A stretch of DNA of 64,000 nucleotides from the human T2T-CHM13v2.0 reference genome, Homo sapiens: NCBI RefSeq assembly GCF_009914755.1, contig NC_060933.1. One strand, 5' to 3'. The notes beneath the pieces were generated by a model, which saw only the letters and a program-made list of their open reading frames with translations, was not told where the DNA came from and ran no database searches. The position numbers were made by a program, and so were the translations under genes. Shown one piece after another: positions 25,609-38,939 of the stretch. How positions within the stretch are numbered: position 1 is the stretch's first letter; each line of letters starts with the position of its first letter.

Positions 25609-28600
25609 TAAAATACCTGAGAAAGAATTCAAAATAATGATATTAAAGAAACTCAAAAACTCAAAGAGATATAAGAGAATACAGATAAACAATACAGAGT
25701 GATCAGAAAAATACATATATATTCTGAAAGAGAAATTCAACAAAAAGATAGATATTAAAGAGAAATAAATAGAAATCCTGGAACTGAAGAGTCCAAGCTA
25801 AGAAATAAGAAATACAATCAAGAGCCACAACAATAGACTAGATCAAGCAGAAGGAAGAATTTCTGAACGTGAAGACAGGTCATTTGAAATAACCCAGTAA
25901 AACCCATAAATAAATAATAAAAAGAATGAAAGCCTATGTCACATATGGGACACCATAAAGTAATCAGATATTTGAAGTTTGGAATTTCTAGAAGAAGAGA
26001 TAGCCGAGGACATTTAAAAACTATTTAGCAAAAAATAGATGAAAACTTTCCAAGTCTTACAGGATATGTAGATATTCAGGTACAGGATATTCAAAGATAA
26101 CCAAATAGATTCAACTCAAAAAGATATTCTCCTAGGCATATTATTGTCAAACTCTCAAAAGAAGACAGAAATAGATTCTAAAAACAGAAAAAATACCAAG
26201 TTACATGTAAGGGAATTCTCATCAGATTAACAGCAAACTTCTTGCATAAATCTTACAGGCCAGAAGAGAATGGGATGATATATTCAAAGTATTAAAAACC
26301 CCAAACCCCAATGACCAAGAATACTACACCCAAAAAAGCTGTCCTTCAAAAATGAAAGACAAATAAAATCTTTTCCAGACAAGCAAACCCTGAGGGAATT
26401 CATCACCACTAGACTGACCCTACAAGAAATGCCTAAATGAGTTCTACATTTGAAAATGAAAGGAAAATATTTATCATCAACATAACAAAGAAAGTATATA
26501 ACTAATTTGTAGAGCTGATACACAAATGAGAAGAAGAAAGGAGTCAAATGTTATCACAAAAAAAGCCCAACAACTCATAGGGTAAACAATGGAAGAGACA
26601 AAAGGAAACAGAATATACAAAACGATCAGAAAACAATGAACAAAGTGATAGGAACAAGTCCTCACCTATCAATAACAACCTTAAATGCACATGTTTTAAA
26701 TTCCTCAATTAAAAGATATGGACTTGCTGAATGGATAAAAACATAAATAAATAAAACACACAAAAAACCAAGACACATCTATATGCCATCTACAAAAAAT
26801 TCATTTAAACCTGTAAAGACATACATAGACTGAAAGAAAAGGGATGGAAAAAATATTCCACACAAATGAAAACCAAAAATATGCAGAAGTAACTACACTC
26901 TTTTCAGAAAAAAATAGTCTTTTAGTCAAACATAAAAATAGACAAAGAAGATTATTATATAAAGATAATTCAGCAAGAAGATATAACAATTGTAAATATA
27001 TCTGCACCCAACACTGGAGCTCTTAAATATATAAAGCAAGTATTATGAGAATCAAAGAGAAAGGCACTTAAATACAATAATAGCTGAGAACTTCAACACC
27101 CCACTTTCAGCATGGGACACATCATCTAGACAAATATTTATCAATAAACATGGTACTTGGAATGTACGATAGACTAAATGGACCTAACAGACGTTTACAG
27201 AATATTTCATCACACAACTGCAGAATATATATTCTTCTCATCAGCACATAAAACATTCTCCAGGACAAACCATATGTTAGAACATGAAACAAGTCTCAGC
27301 AAATTTTAAAAATCAAAATTGTATCAAGTACTTTTTCAGATCTCAATAAAATAAAGCTAGAAATCAATAACCCGAGAACTTTGGAAGCTGTGCAAATACA
27401 TGGAAATTAAACAACAGACCCCTGGACAATCATTTGATCAATAAAGAAGTTAAGAAAAAACTTCAAACATTCTCGAAACAAATAAAAATTGGCACACAAT
27501 ATATCAAAACCTATGGAATATAGCAAAAACAGTGCTAAGAGAAGTTTATCACCATAAAAGCCTACATCAAAAAGTAGAAAGATTTCAAATAACCTAATGA
27601 AGGTTCTCAAATAACTAGAAAAGCAGGAACAACCCAAAATTAGGAAAGAAATAATAAAGATCAGAGCAGAACTGAACAAAATGGAAACAAACAATAGAAA
27701 AATAAAAAACCCCAAAAATTGGTTTTATGAAGAGATAAACAAATTTGATAAACCACTAGCTATACTGACCAAAAGAAAAGAAGAGAAAGAAGACCCAAAC
27801 AAATACAATTAGAAACAAATAAGGAGGCGTTACAACTGATACCACAGAAATACAAAGGGTCATTAGAGAGTGTTACGAACCACTATATGATAACAAGTTG
27901 GAAAATGTAGAGAAAATAGATAAATTCCTGGATCCAATCTATGAAGACTGAACCAGGAAGACACAGAAAAACAGCACAAATAAGTGACATGTGATGAGAC
28001 TGAATCAGCAATAAACAGTCTTCCTAAAAAGAAAAACCTAGGATTAAATGACTTTACTGTTAAATTCCACAAAAGTATAAAGAAGAGCTAAGACCAATTC
28101 TTTTTAAACTATTTCAAAAAATTGAAGAGGTGGAAATTTTTTCTAACGCATTCTACCAGATCAGCATTACCTGATGCCAAAACCAGACAAGAATACAACA
28201 ACAAAAAAAGAGAACTACATGACAATATCCCTGATGAACATGGATGCATAAATTCTCAACAAAATATTAGCCAACTGAATTAAATAGCACATCTAAAAGA
28301 TAGTACATCATAATCAAGTGGGAGTTAACCCAGGGATGCAAGGATGGTTCAACACATGCAAATCAATAAATGTGACACATTGCATTAACAGAATGAAGCC
28401 TGAAAACCATATGATTATCTAGATAGATGCAGAAAAAGCATTTGATAAAATTTAACATGCATTTATGATAAAAACTATCAGCAAGTTAGGCATAGTAGGA
28501 ATATACCTCAACATAATAAAGGCTATATATAGCAAACCCATAGCTAACATCATGCTGAATGGAGAAAAGCCGAAAACCTTACCTCTGACAACTGGAACAA

Positions 28601-29621
28601 GATAAGGATGCCACTCTCGCCACTCTACTAAACACAACATGAAAGTCCTAGTGAGAGGAATTAGGCAAGAAAAATAAATAAAAAGGCATCCAAACTGGAA
28701 AAGAGGAAGTCAAATTTTCCCTCTCTGCAGGAAGGATTATCTTATATATAGAAAAAACTAAAGACTACACCAGGAAACCCTTAGAACTGATAAACAAGTA
28801 AAGCTGCAAGATACAAAATCAAAATACAAAAATCAGTAGTTTTTCTACACACTAATCACAAACTGCTGAAAAAGAAATCAATGAAGCAATGCCTTTTACA
28901 ATAGCTACCAGAAATACCTAGGAATAAATTTAAACAATAAGATGAAAGATTTCTAAAAGAAAAACTGTAAAATTTCCATTCAATTATTTAATGAAAGAAA
29001 TTGAAGAGGACACAAATAAATGGAAAAACATGCCACACTTATAGATCAGAAGAACTAATGTTGTTAAAATAGCCATATTATATAAAGCAATCTACAGATT
29101 CAATGCAGTTCCTACCATAATGCCAATGTCATTCTTCACAGAAATGAAAAAATATTCCTACAATTTGTATAGAATTACAAAATACCCTGAATAGACCCAG
29201 CAATCCTGAGCAAAAAGAACAAAGCTGGAGGCATCACACTACCTGAATTCTAAATATACTACAAAGCTATAGTAACCAAAACAGCATGATATTGGTCTAA
29301 AATCACACACATAGAACAATAAACAGAATAGAGAACCCATAAATAAATTCATGTATTTACAGCAAACTCATTCTTTACAAAGGTGCCAAGAACATATACT
29401 GGGGAAAAGATACTTTCTTCAGTTCTTCACGTTGGAAAAACTGGATTTCTATATGCAGAGGGATAAAACTAGACTCTTATCTCTCACCTTATATAAAAAT
29501 CAACTCAAAATGAAACAAAGTTTAAGCATAAGGTCTAAAACTATAAAACGACTATAAGAGAGCATAGGGGAAATGCTTAGGAAATTGTTCAAGTCAAAGT
29601 TTTTATGGCTAAGACTTCACA
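23925..29621 (+). mobile_element. Large decayed L1 (L1M1/M2 or L1MA-type): 5'UTR, ORF1 and most of ORF2; 3' end missing
   Basis: 5' end cttcaatatggctgaataaaggtgcctggcactcg; ORF1 remnants ~25.4-26.5 kb; EN/RT remnants (gatgcagaaaaagcatttgataaaat, tctgcaggaaggattatc) with many stops. Confidence 0.92.
24615..24978 (+). mobile_element. THE1 (B/C-like) solo LTR nested in the L1 5'UTR
   Basis: tgatatggtttggctgtgtcctcacccaaatctc...gagaacagactaataca. Confidence 0.95.
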
Positions 29622-30050
29622 ACCTTTTAACAGAATCATCATCTGCACTGGTAATAAATGAAAATGTAGTGAGGGCACTGATTGCTGCCAGTGCTGATCA
29701 CTGGGGATGGAAACAAACAAAAGGAAACAGTGATGTTTACTGGCAGGATCATTTTGCTGGCTTTTAACTATAGAAACTATCAATAAGAATGAATAACTTC
29801 ATTTAGAACTCAGTAATTTTAAGAGAAAAATCTGGCAAGTCACAGTCCCTGGATGAATGATTCTTGCTTTTTTTTTTTTTTTTTTTCAGGAGATGAGTCT
29901 ACTTTATTTTTGGTACCAATTGAAAAAAAGTCAGAAATTTACAATAAAATTCAAAGGGCCCAAAATACCCAAGACAACTATGAACCAGAAAAACAGTGTG
30001 AGGAATATACAATACAATATCTCAGAAGTTAATACGAAATGTGTATTTAT

Positions 30051-30332
30051 CCTATGTCCAAATGTTCTCATTGTTCAATTCCCACCTATGAGTGAGAACA
30101 TGCGGTGTTTGGTTTTCTGTCCTTGCGATAGTTTGCTTAGAATAATGGTGAACATCACACACCAGGGCCTGTTGTGGGGTTGGCGGAGAGGGGAGGGATA
30201 GCATTAGGAGATATACCCAATGTAAATGATGAGTTAATGGATGCAGCACACCAACATGGCACATGCACACATATGTAACAAACCTGCACGTTGTGCACAT
30301 GTACCCTAGAACTTAAAGTACAACAAAAAAAA
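30051..30332 (+). mobile_element. 5'-inverted (twin-primed) L1PA 3' end with 15-bp TSD
   Basis: 30051-30149 is antisense L1, 30150-30332 is sense L1 3'UTR plus A tail; TSD gaaatgtgtatttat at 30036-30050 and 30333-30347. Confidence 0.93.
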
Positions 30333-30609
30333 GAAATGTGTATTTATTAAGATAGTGTACTATTGGTACAAGAGGAGCAAAAGCAGAAACATGCACAAAT
30401 GTTCACTTGATTGATGATCAAGGTTATGATTCAGTGTAATAAAGAAAGGACAGTCTTCAAATAAATTGTGAATGTTTAATTTTATATCTTTATGTGTATA
30501 TTGTGTGTATACACACACACACACATAAACTACAAACTGATTGCAGATCTAAATGAAAATGATAAAAAGTATGCCAAATATCTTGAGAAAAACAGAGCAA
30601 CACACATTA

Positions 30610-30790
30610 AGTCCTATGTGTTATCTGTAAGTATTTGCTGCATGGCAAATACTTAGAGGCTTAAAACGATGGGTCATTTATTATTTTATGTTTTCTTTGG
30701 GCCAGGAATGAAGGTGTGGCTTAGATGGCCAATTATGGCTTAAAATCTCCCACACAGTATTGTTAAGATGAAGCTCTCCTGGTTCTGAGT
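30610..30790 (-). mobile_element. Old MLT1-type LTR fragment
   Basis: acttagaggcttaaaac...atttattatt...gggccaggaat...ggcttagatgg. Confidence 0.5.
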
Positions 30791-30827
30791 GCTGTTTAAT
30801 TCATGAATCATACTGCACTTCAATAAA

Positions 30828-30869
30828 CAGCTATATTTCTCTTTTTTTTTTTTTTCAGCTATATTTCTC
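30828..30869 (-). repeat. T14 tract flanked by a perfect 14-bp direct repeat
   Basis: cagctatatttctc-(T)14-cagctatatttctc. Confidence 0.92.
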
Positions 30870-31659
30870 ATGAGAACTAAGGAGACATGAGAATTTTGCA
30901 ATGCTTGATTCTGAACTGGATTATTTTGCTATAAAATGCTAGGATTGTGATGTTTGGGAAAATCTGAATGGAGTCCGAGCATTAGATATTAATAATACAT
31001 CATTATTTTATGATTTTGAAGGGTCTAGGGTGCTGATGTAGAATAACCCATTTCTATGTAAGAACTACATAGATGTATGTAGTGTTCACAGAACACATTG
31101 CCGGCCTCTTAACTGTTTCAGAAAACAAAATTTATTTTTTTGGGCCATATTTGCATTATTTCTTTAAGTTTGAGATTATTACAAAATTACCCAAAATTAC
31201 ACATTAAGTAGTATACTTAAATGTATAGAAATACAAAAAATAAAACAAAATAAAAGGAATCTAGAATTTGTACAATTTATATACCTCAGTATTGGGATAA
31301 CTTTTTTGATTAATTTTAACAAAGAACAAGTAATTATGATTTTTCATTAACACAATCAACCAAATTTTATTTCTTAATGTTGATAATAATAGGATATACT
31401 CAAATGGAGCTTATTGTGTACCAAATATTATTGAGTGCGTTACCATTTTAACTTTCTTTACTCTCTCAGTGTCTATCATATCAAATTACAATAGCAAATA
31501 ATTTATTTTTTGCTTATCACCTGTATTAAAAATAAAAGCATTCTCTTCTCCTTTTGGCTCTTCTCTAAGTGAAGTAGTTCAGAATTCATAGCATTTTGTT
31601 GAGGAGTATTACTTTGATTCTTTTAGTCTATTTATCTAAGAAGTACAATTTAATTTTAG

Positions 31660-31843
31660 ATGATCCCATGGTATGAAGTTTTTTAGCAGTTGCAGCATGG
31701 ATGGATTTAAACGGATAGTTCTGCAGCCTGAACTTAAATGTTTTCAGGATAAAACAGTTTCAAAAATGACTTACCGAAAATCTTCAACTTGTGGCAATGG
31801 AATTTTGGAACCTACAGAGCAGTGTGATTGTGGCTATAAAGAG
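31660..31843 (+). pseudogene. Orphan ADAM-family exon (end of reprolysin domain and start of disintegrin domain; cyritestin/ADAM3-like) with in-frame stop
   Basis: ttttAG acceptor and GAG|GTTAGT donor. Translation *SHGMKFFSSCSMDGFKRIVLQPELKCFQDKTVSKMTYRKSSTCGNGILEPTEQCDCGYKE has the FSxCS and CGNxxxExxEqCDCG signatures; TGA at 31661-31663. Confidence 0.88.
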
Positions 31844-32399
31844 GTTAGTGGCAAAGCTTACAGGTTATCCAGAGATTTGTTCTTTCATTATGTTTTGTGT
31901 TTATTTTTTATGGCATCTATAGATATAGATATGATATGTATAAGGGGGAAATTTGAAAAAATATATTTACTATTTTGTCAAATATAAGATAGGGAGATAT
32001 GGGGCATGCAATAACTGACTCATCCTAAATTTGAAACGTTTAGAGTCTAAACCCTGGGTAAGTGTGACATCAATTTAAAAAACAGATTTTTATCATTTTA
32101 GAAACATTAGTAGCAATATCACTTTTAGTACCATACACATCAGTAGCATCAATAATATCATTATCATCTAATCATCCCTTAAATTCCACCAAAGTGACTA
32201 CATTGGTTGGCTAAGTTATTAAATGTGTGTTTTCATTTATTTTCTTACCTCCTAATTTTAGTCCTTGCATCTGTAGCAACTTCATTTATGTTAACTTGCT
32301 TCCAAAGAATTAGACTAATTATAGTCTTTGGTTCATTGTCATTTATGATAATATACATGATGCAATAATGATACATCCATGGCCCAATTATTCCTAATT

Positions 32400-33750
<1,351 letters not shown>

Positions 33751-35405
33751 CAATATTTGACATCTTTGAAATTTCCATTTGGTTCTTTTTTTAAAGATTC
33801 TTGCTTTTAAATACAATACTCTTCGCTGCTTGTCTCCTGGCGCTGTGACTCTTGGATTTATTGCAGATTGTCCAAAGCCAGGTCACACCCTCAAGAGTGA
33901 TTTTCAATTGTTTAAAATCACTAACATCAAATTGAGGGTGTGAACCTGACACCATGAGAAGACATGAAAAGAGATAACTGCAAATGGAAATGTAAGGCAG
34001 ATGGGAAAAATCACCTATTAATAGCATATGAAATCAGACAATTATTTAGTTACTGCTTTCCAGGGATTTAAAAAATCTGCTCCCAAAGACCATATATTTT
34101 CTTTCCATTGTGAACATTTTATTCTTTGTCAGCTGTGTGAAGAAAAAAGCTTTTTGATTTTCTTTTGTCTATTCTTGAGAAAAAATTGCAAAACACATAC
34201 TAGAAAATATTTTCAATAATTTTATGTATTTCTTTATAAATGCCATAAGGAAATATATGTACAAATAAATATAAACATGTTACTAAATTAAGAAAATGAT
34301 ATCAGATACCATATTCTATATCTTCCCTCATCTCATAGTCTCAACATATATCATTTGTATTATTTTATTTGAAATGCATATGTCATTTTTTTAAATTCAT
34401 TTTTCCATTACCTGAGAAAGTACCATGGTCCCAGGTAAATCCATTTGAAAAATCCGTATTTTTACTTTTATAGGTAGCTCAATTCAGTAATTCTTACTAC
34501 AAACATGTAAATTTCTTTCTTAATTCATTAACTTTTAAAAATATATATTAACAGCCCTATTGCAAAAGATGAAGATAGTATCTTTCTTACACAATCTTTC
34601 TGGCCCTACTTACTCCTACTACTATTTGTTAATTACATAGTTATTTTGAGTTTTTCTGATAATTGCATTTACACATCTAAATGTTGAGTCAGTTCTGGAA
34701 TATTTTTGGTTCTAGATAAAAGAAAACTTGATTATCATTATGGCTTATGTGGGTAAGAATTTATTTGCTATTCATAGCAAGAGATCTAGAAGTGCATGGT
34801 TGCAGGGTTGACCAATAGGCTTAATAACATCAAGGCCCCTGGACAGCAGCTTTGCAATCTCTTAGCCTTCCCTTCTATGGCTGAATAGACATCTATAAGT
34901 CTACCTTCTCCTTCCATCCCATTTTTTGGGTGTATATATCTCCGCCAGCTGCAAACATGGAGGCTAATGCATTCTGTGTTCAGCCTTTTACTTATTACTC
35001 TGACAGTAACCCCTGCTCTCACCTTTTTTTTCTGCCTTCTCAAGCACATGTTTCGTGTTGTTTTCTAAATTCTAATTTATCCATCAGCAGGACTTTATCA
35101 GCTTTCCATATTATAGAAATTCAACATTTAAGTGGCTGGTTGATGGTACATTTTCTTGCCTTTATCATTGTGAATAATTTATTCTTCTTGGGTATGTAAG
35201 AAGAAGGGAAGGAAAACTCTGTATTCAGGTCAGTTTTTTAAAAAACTAAAAAACTGAAGGTTTATAAGCATCATTGTGAAGTGTCTTTTCTAACCTAAAT
35301 ATAACACACAGATATTTTTCTTTTTACTTTGTGAATTAAAAATTTACCTTGTGAATTAAAAGTTGAATGGCAGAGATTTATTTACTTTGTTTTGTCATAT
35401 CAAGT

Positions 35406-35825
35406 TGATATTGTTTGGATCTGTATCCCCACCAAATCGCTTGTCAAATTGTAATCCCCAGTGTTGGAGGCAGGGCCTGGTGGGAGGTGATTGGATCATG
35501 GGGATGATTTCTCATGAATGGTTTAGCACCATCCTGTTGGTACCATCCTCATGACAGTGTGTGCGTTCTCGTGAGATCTGGTCATTTAGAAGTGTGTGGC
35601 ACCTCCTCCTTCACTCCCTCTTGCTCCTGCCACGTAAGACGTGCCTGTTTCTCCTTCGCCTTCTGTCATCATTGTAAGTTTCCCGAATCCTCTCCAGACA
35701 CTAAGCAGATGCCAGTGCCATGCTTCCTGTACAGCCTGTGGAACTGCGTAAGCCAATTAAACCTCTTTTCTTTAAAAATTACCTAGTTGCAGGTATTTCT
35801 TTATAGCAATGTAAGAACTAAAACG
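35406..35825 (+). mobile_element. MSTA/B solo LTR
   Basis: tgatattgtttggatctgtatccccacc...ttctttatagcaatgtaagaac; TSD caagt/taagt. Confidence 0.9.
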
Positions 35826-35934
35826 TAAGTGGTGAATTCATAATTTCAGTGAAAACTATGAATCTAAGCTTGACACTCATGAAGAATTTATGTGCCAGGA
35901 ACCATGCTCAGTATGATTTTTCAAACACTGTTTG

Positions 35935-36265
35935 TATTTTTTTTTTATTTTGAAGAATTTCAGACTTACAGAAATGTTGTAAAAATAGAACAAAGAATTC
36001 TGATATACTTTTTACACAGATCCTCAAATTTTAATATTTTACTCCTTTTCTGTCCTTTTTCCACACACACACACACATACACACACACAACATACACGCA
36101 CACACACATTTTTGACCTATTGAAAAGTAACTTTTAGGCATGATGGCTCTGTGCCACTGAATAGTTAAACGTGTGTTTTCTGAAAACACCATGTTTTCTT
36201 ACAAAATCATAGTAAAATTATCAAAATCAGGAAATTTACATTGACACAATACTGCTATCTAATTT
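35935..36265 (-). mobile_element. L1MC4/5-like 3' end with embedded (CA)n
   Basis: ttttgaagaatttcagacttacagaaatgttg...aattatcaaaatcaggaaatttacattgacacaatact. Confidence 0.7.
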
Positions 36266-36739
36266 GCTTGCTTACTTTACAGTAGAATCTAAAATATATA
36301 ATTCTAATACTATTCAGACAAGAGGAGAGAGTGCAGTATTTTTGATTGCCATAGCATTATTAGATTATTTTATCAATTTGAACTTTACTTTTTGCTTTTA
36401 TATGAATATAAAACAGGAATAAACATGTCCTGAAAATCTGAGCCTCTAGAGCTAGGACTGGGGCTTAAATTGATTCTTGGAGGCTGTTAAAAACATTTTA
36501 TGTCTTTGATAACTCATTAGCTTTTTATTACTTTAGACCAATGATTCCCAACAGTGAATCACCTTTGTTACTATATTCTTCTAGTTTCTTGAAATTCTTC
36601 TTGGAGCTTATGATAATTAAAATTAAACTGTTTAATTTGTAATAAGTTATTAATATGTCTTCTCCATTAAAATGAAAGCCCTATTTCTTAAAACTAAAAC
36701 TTGAGATTCTATGTAGCTCCTAGAAGTTAGAAAGAGCAG

Positions 36740-37000
36740 TACATATTTATGTATAATATATATGTTGAATATACATATATTTAATATATGTATATATATA
36801 GAATATATGTATAGAGGTGTATATATACACAGCTGTTTATATATTGTGTATTCAATATATACAATATACATATATGTATATTTAATATATATTTATGCAC
36901 ACATATATTTTGTATATTTTGTTTATTTTTATATTCACATTTATTATGCTTTTAATATTACATATTCATTATCTATATAATTTATACCTGTATTTATAAA
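36740..37000. repeat. (TA)-rich low-complexity tract
   Basis: Degenerate tatatatg/tata repeats. Confidence 0.85.
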
Positions 37001-37304
37001 TATTGCTGAATGAATACACTGGATATGGATATTTCTTTTTCTGAGACTATTATAACTGTGTCTACATGAGAAATTTTAATTTCCATGTATTTATTAACAC
37101 ATTCAAGAAACATTTATTTAATAGCTATTACTCACTAGACACTGTGGGGTCAGAAAATCCATTGATTCTTTAGATAATGCTACCTTATGCTTTGTCTGTA
37201 ATACACATCAAGCACTCTATTTTATGTAATTTGACTGTCCGTAATAATCCTTTAATGGTGTGAGGATATGTGAAATATTATTTTTTATTTATTAAGAAAT
37301 TTTT

Positions 37305-37660
37305 TTCCTTTCCTTTCTTTTCCTTTCCTTTCCTTTCTCTCTTTCTTTCTCTCTTTTTCTCCTTCTTCTTTTTTTTTTTTGGCAGGGTCTTGCTCTGTCA
37401 CCCAGGCTGGAGTGCACTGGTGCAATCCTGGCTTACTGCAGCCTTGAAATTCCAGGTCAAGTGATCCTCCCACTTCAGCCTCCTAAGTAGCTGGGACTTC
37501 AGACATGAGCCACGATGCTCAGCTAATTTTTAAATTTTCTTGTAGAGACAAGATTTTGCTATGTTACCCAGGCTGGTCTCAAACTCCTGGGCTCAAGTGA
37601 TCTGCCTACCTCAGCCTCTCAAAGTGCTGAAATTACAGGTATGAGCCACTGTGTTTGGTC
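37305..37660 (-). mobile_element. AluJ with (TTTCC/TTTC)n tail
   Basis: gggtcttgctctgtcacccagg...aaactcctgggctcaagtgatc. Confidence 0.92.
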
Positions 37661-38939
37661 CCTTTACCAAGAAATTTTAATATGACAGGCATTCTTAAGC
37701 TTTAGTGGTGCAGAAAATAAATGAAAGCATTGACTATTTTAAAACTGTGAATCTCTTTTGAAGAATATCTTTAAAGTTTTAACCATGCTTCAATAAAAAA
37801 TGATACTCTTTCATGCAGTTTAAATATTGCTATTTTCAACCTGGATTCTACACTTACCTTCTTTCATCACTATTTTCAATACCCTCACATTTATAATGCT
37901 TACTGCTTATTTCTTCTGTATCATGTCAATTGAGGATAGTGAATTTGGGGCACCAAAGCGTTAATTTTTTGAAATGAAATAATATAACAAATATTTTAAA
38001 CTACATAAAATTAGCAAAATGGTTATATTTGACATTGTATATTTTCTCAGGTGGCTATAAATCCATTTTATAAACTCAATTTTTTCTTCTTAAAATATAA
38101 TGTGTGTGCATAGACACATAAATGTCAGGTATGGAGAAATATAGGAAAGTCCTCATAACTTAAAATTAAGGTACAAATTAATACATAATGGATGAGATTA
38201 GTCATCTATACAAGTGAGTGAGAGATCATCTGTGAATATGTCACTGAAGAACCATATTGTTCAATAGGGGTGTAGTTCAAGAAAGTACGATTGCCATATT
38301 TTATTTAAGGTAACTGCAGCCTAATATTTTCATAAAGTAAAGAAAGATGAGGAAAATGTAAACATAAAGGCTACAATGTGTAAGAAAAAGTATAATGTCC
38401 AAAAAGTCTAAAAATGCCAGGCTCAAAACCTGTCCACATAAGCAAGACTCCAGATCTTGAGAATACAGTTACTTTATAACCTAGATTTGTACATATGTAT
38501 ATGAAATGTACAATTCATATGTACTACCTTATTAAAAAAGAGAGCTCTAATCTTTGTCTCATCATGGCACTCCTTTCATTTGCTTCATGGCACTTATCAC
38601 AAGCCATAATATTTTTTGTTAAACTGTTCATTTTCTGTCCAGAATGCAGACTCTTTGAGAACATCTATCTGATTTGATCACTGTTGCATCCTGATTACAT
38701 AGTGTCCAAAAAATATATTCTGAATTAATAAATTGAACAATTTACTTAATGAAAGTATCCCTCAGTTTACTCCTACTGTATGCATAGGTTAGAATAGTTA
38801 AGGTTAGAAGGATTAAATTAGATAATCTCAGTAAAGTTCTTACAACAGAGACTGGCACATACAAACATATTTTTCCCTTTTATTTGTTGCTATTAATCTT
38901 ATTAGTGTTATTATTAAGAGAAAGAAGCCAGGGAAGGGC

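Larger units (their letters stand above)
29930..31240 (+). mobile_element. Very old L1ME/MC-type remnant with nested insertions
   Basis: aaattcaaagggcccaaaatacccaagacaac...ttaagatagtgtactattggtacaag...aaaggacagtcttcaaataaattg, plus 3'-end-like tttctttaagtttgagattattacaaaat. Confidence 0.55.

Noticed and set aside
31844-31987. C-terminal half of ORF 31673..31987 as part of a 104-aa protein
   Set aside because: ADAM similarity stops exactly at the GTTAGT donor; the rest is intron read-through.
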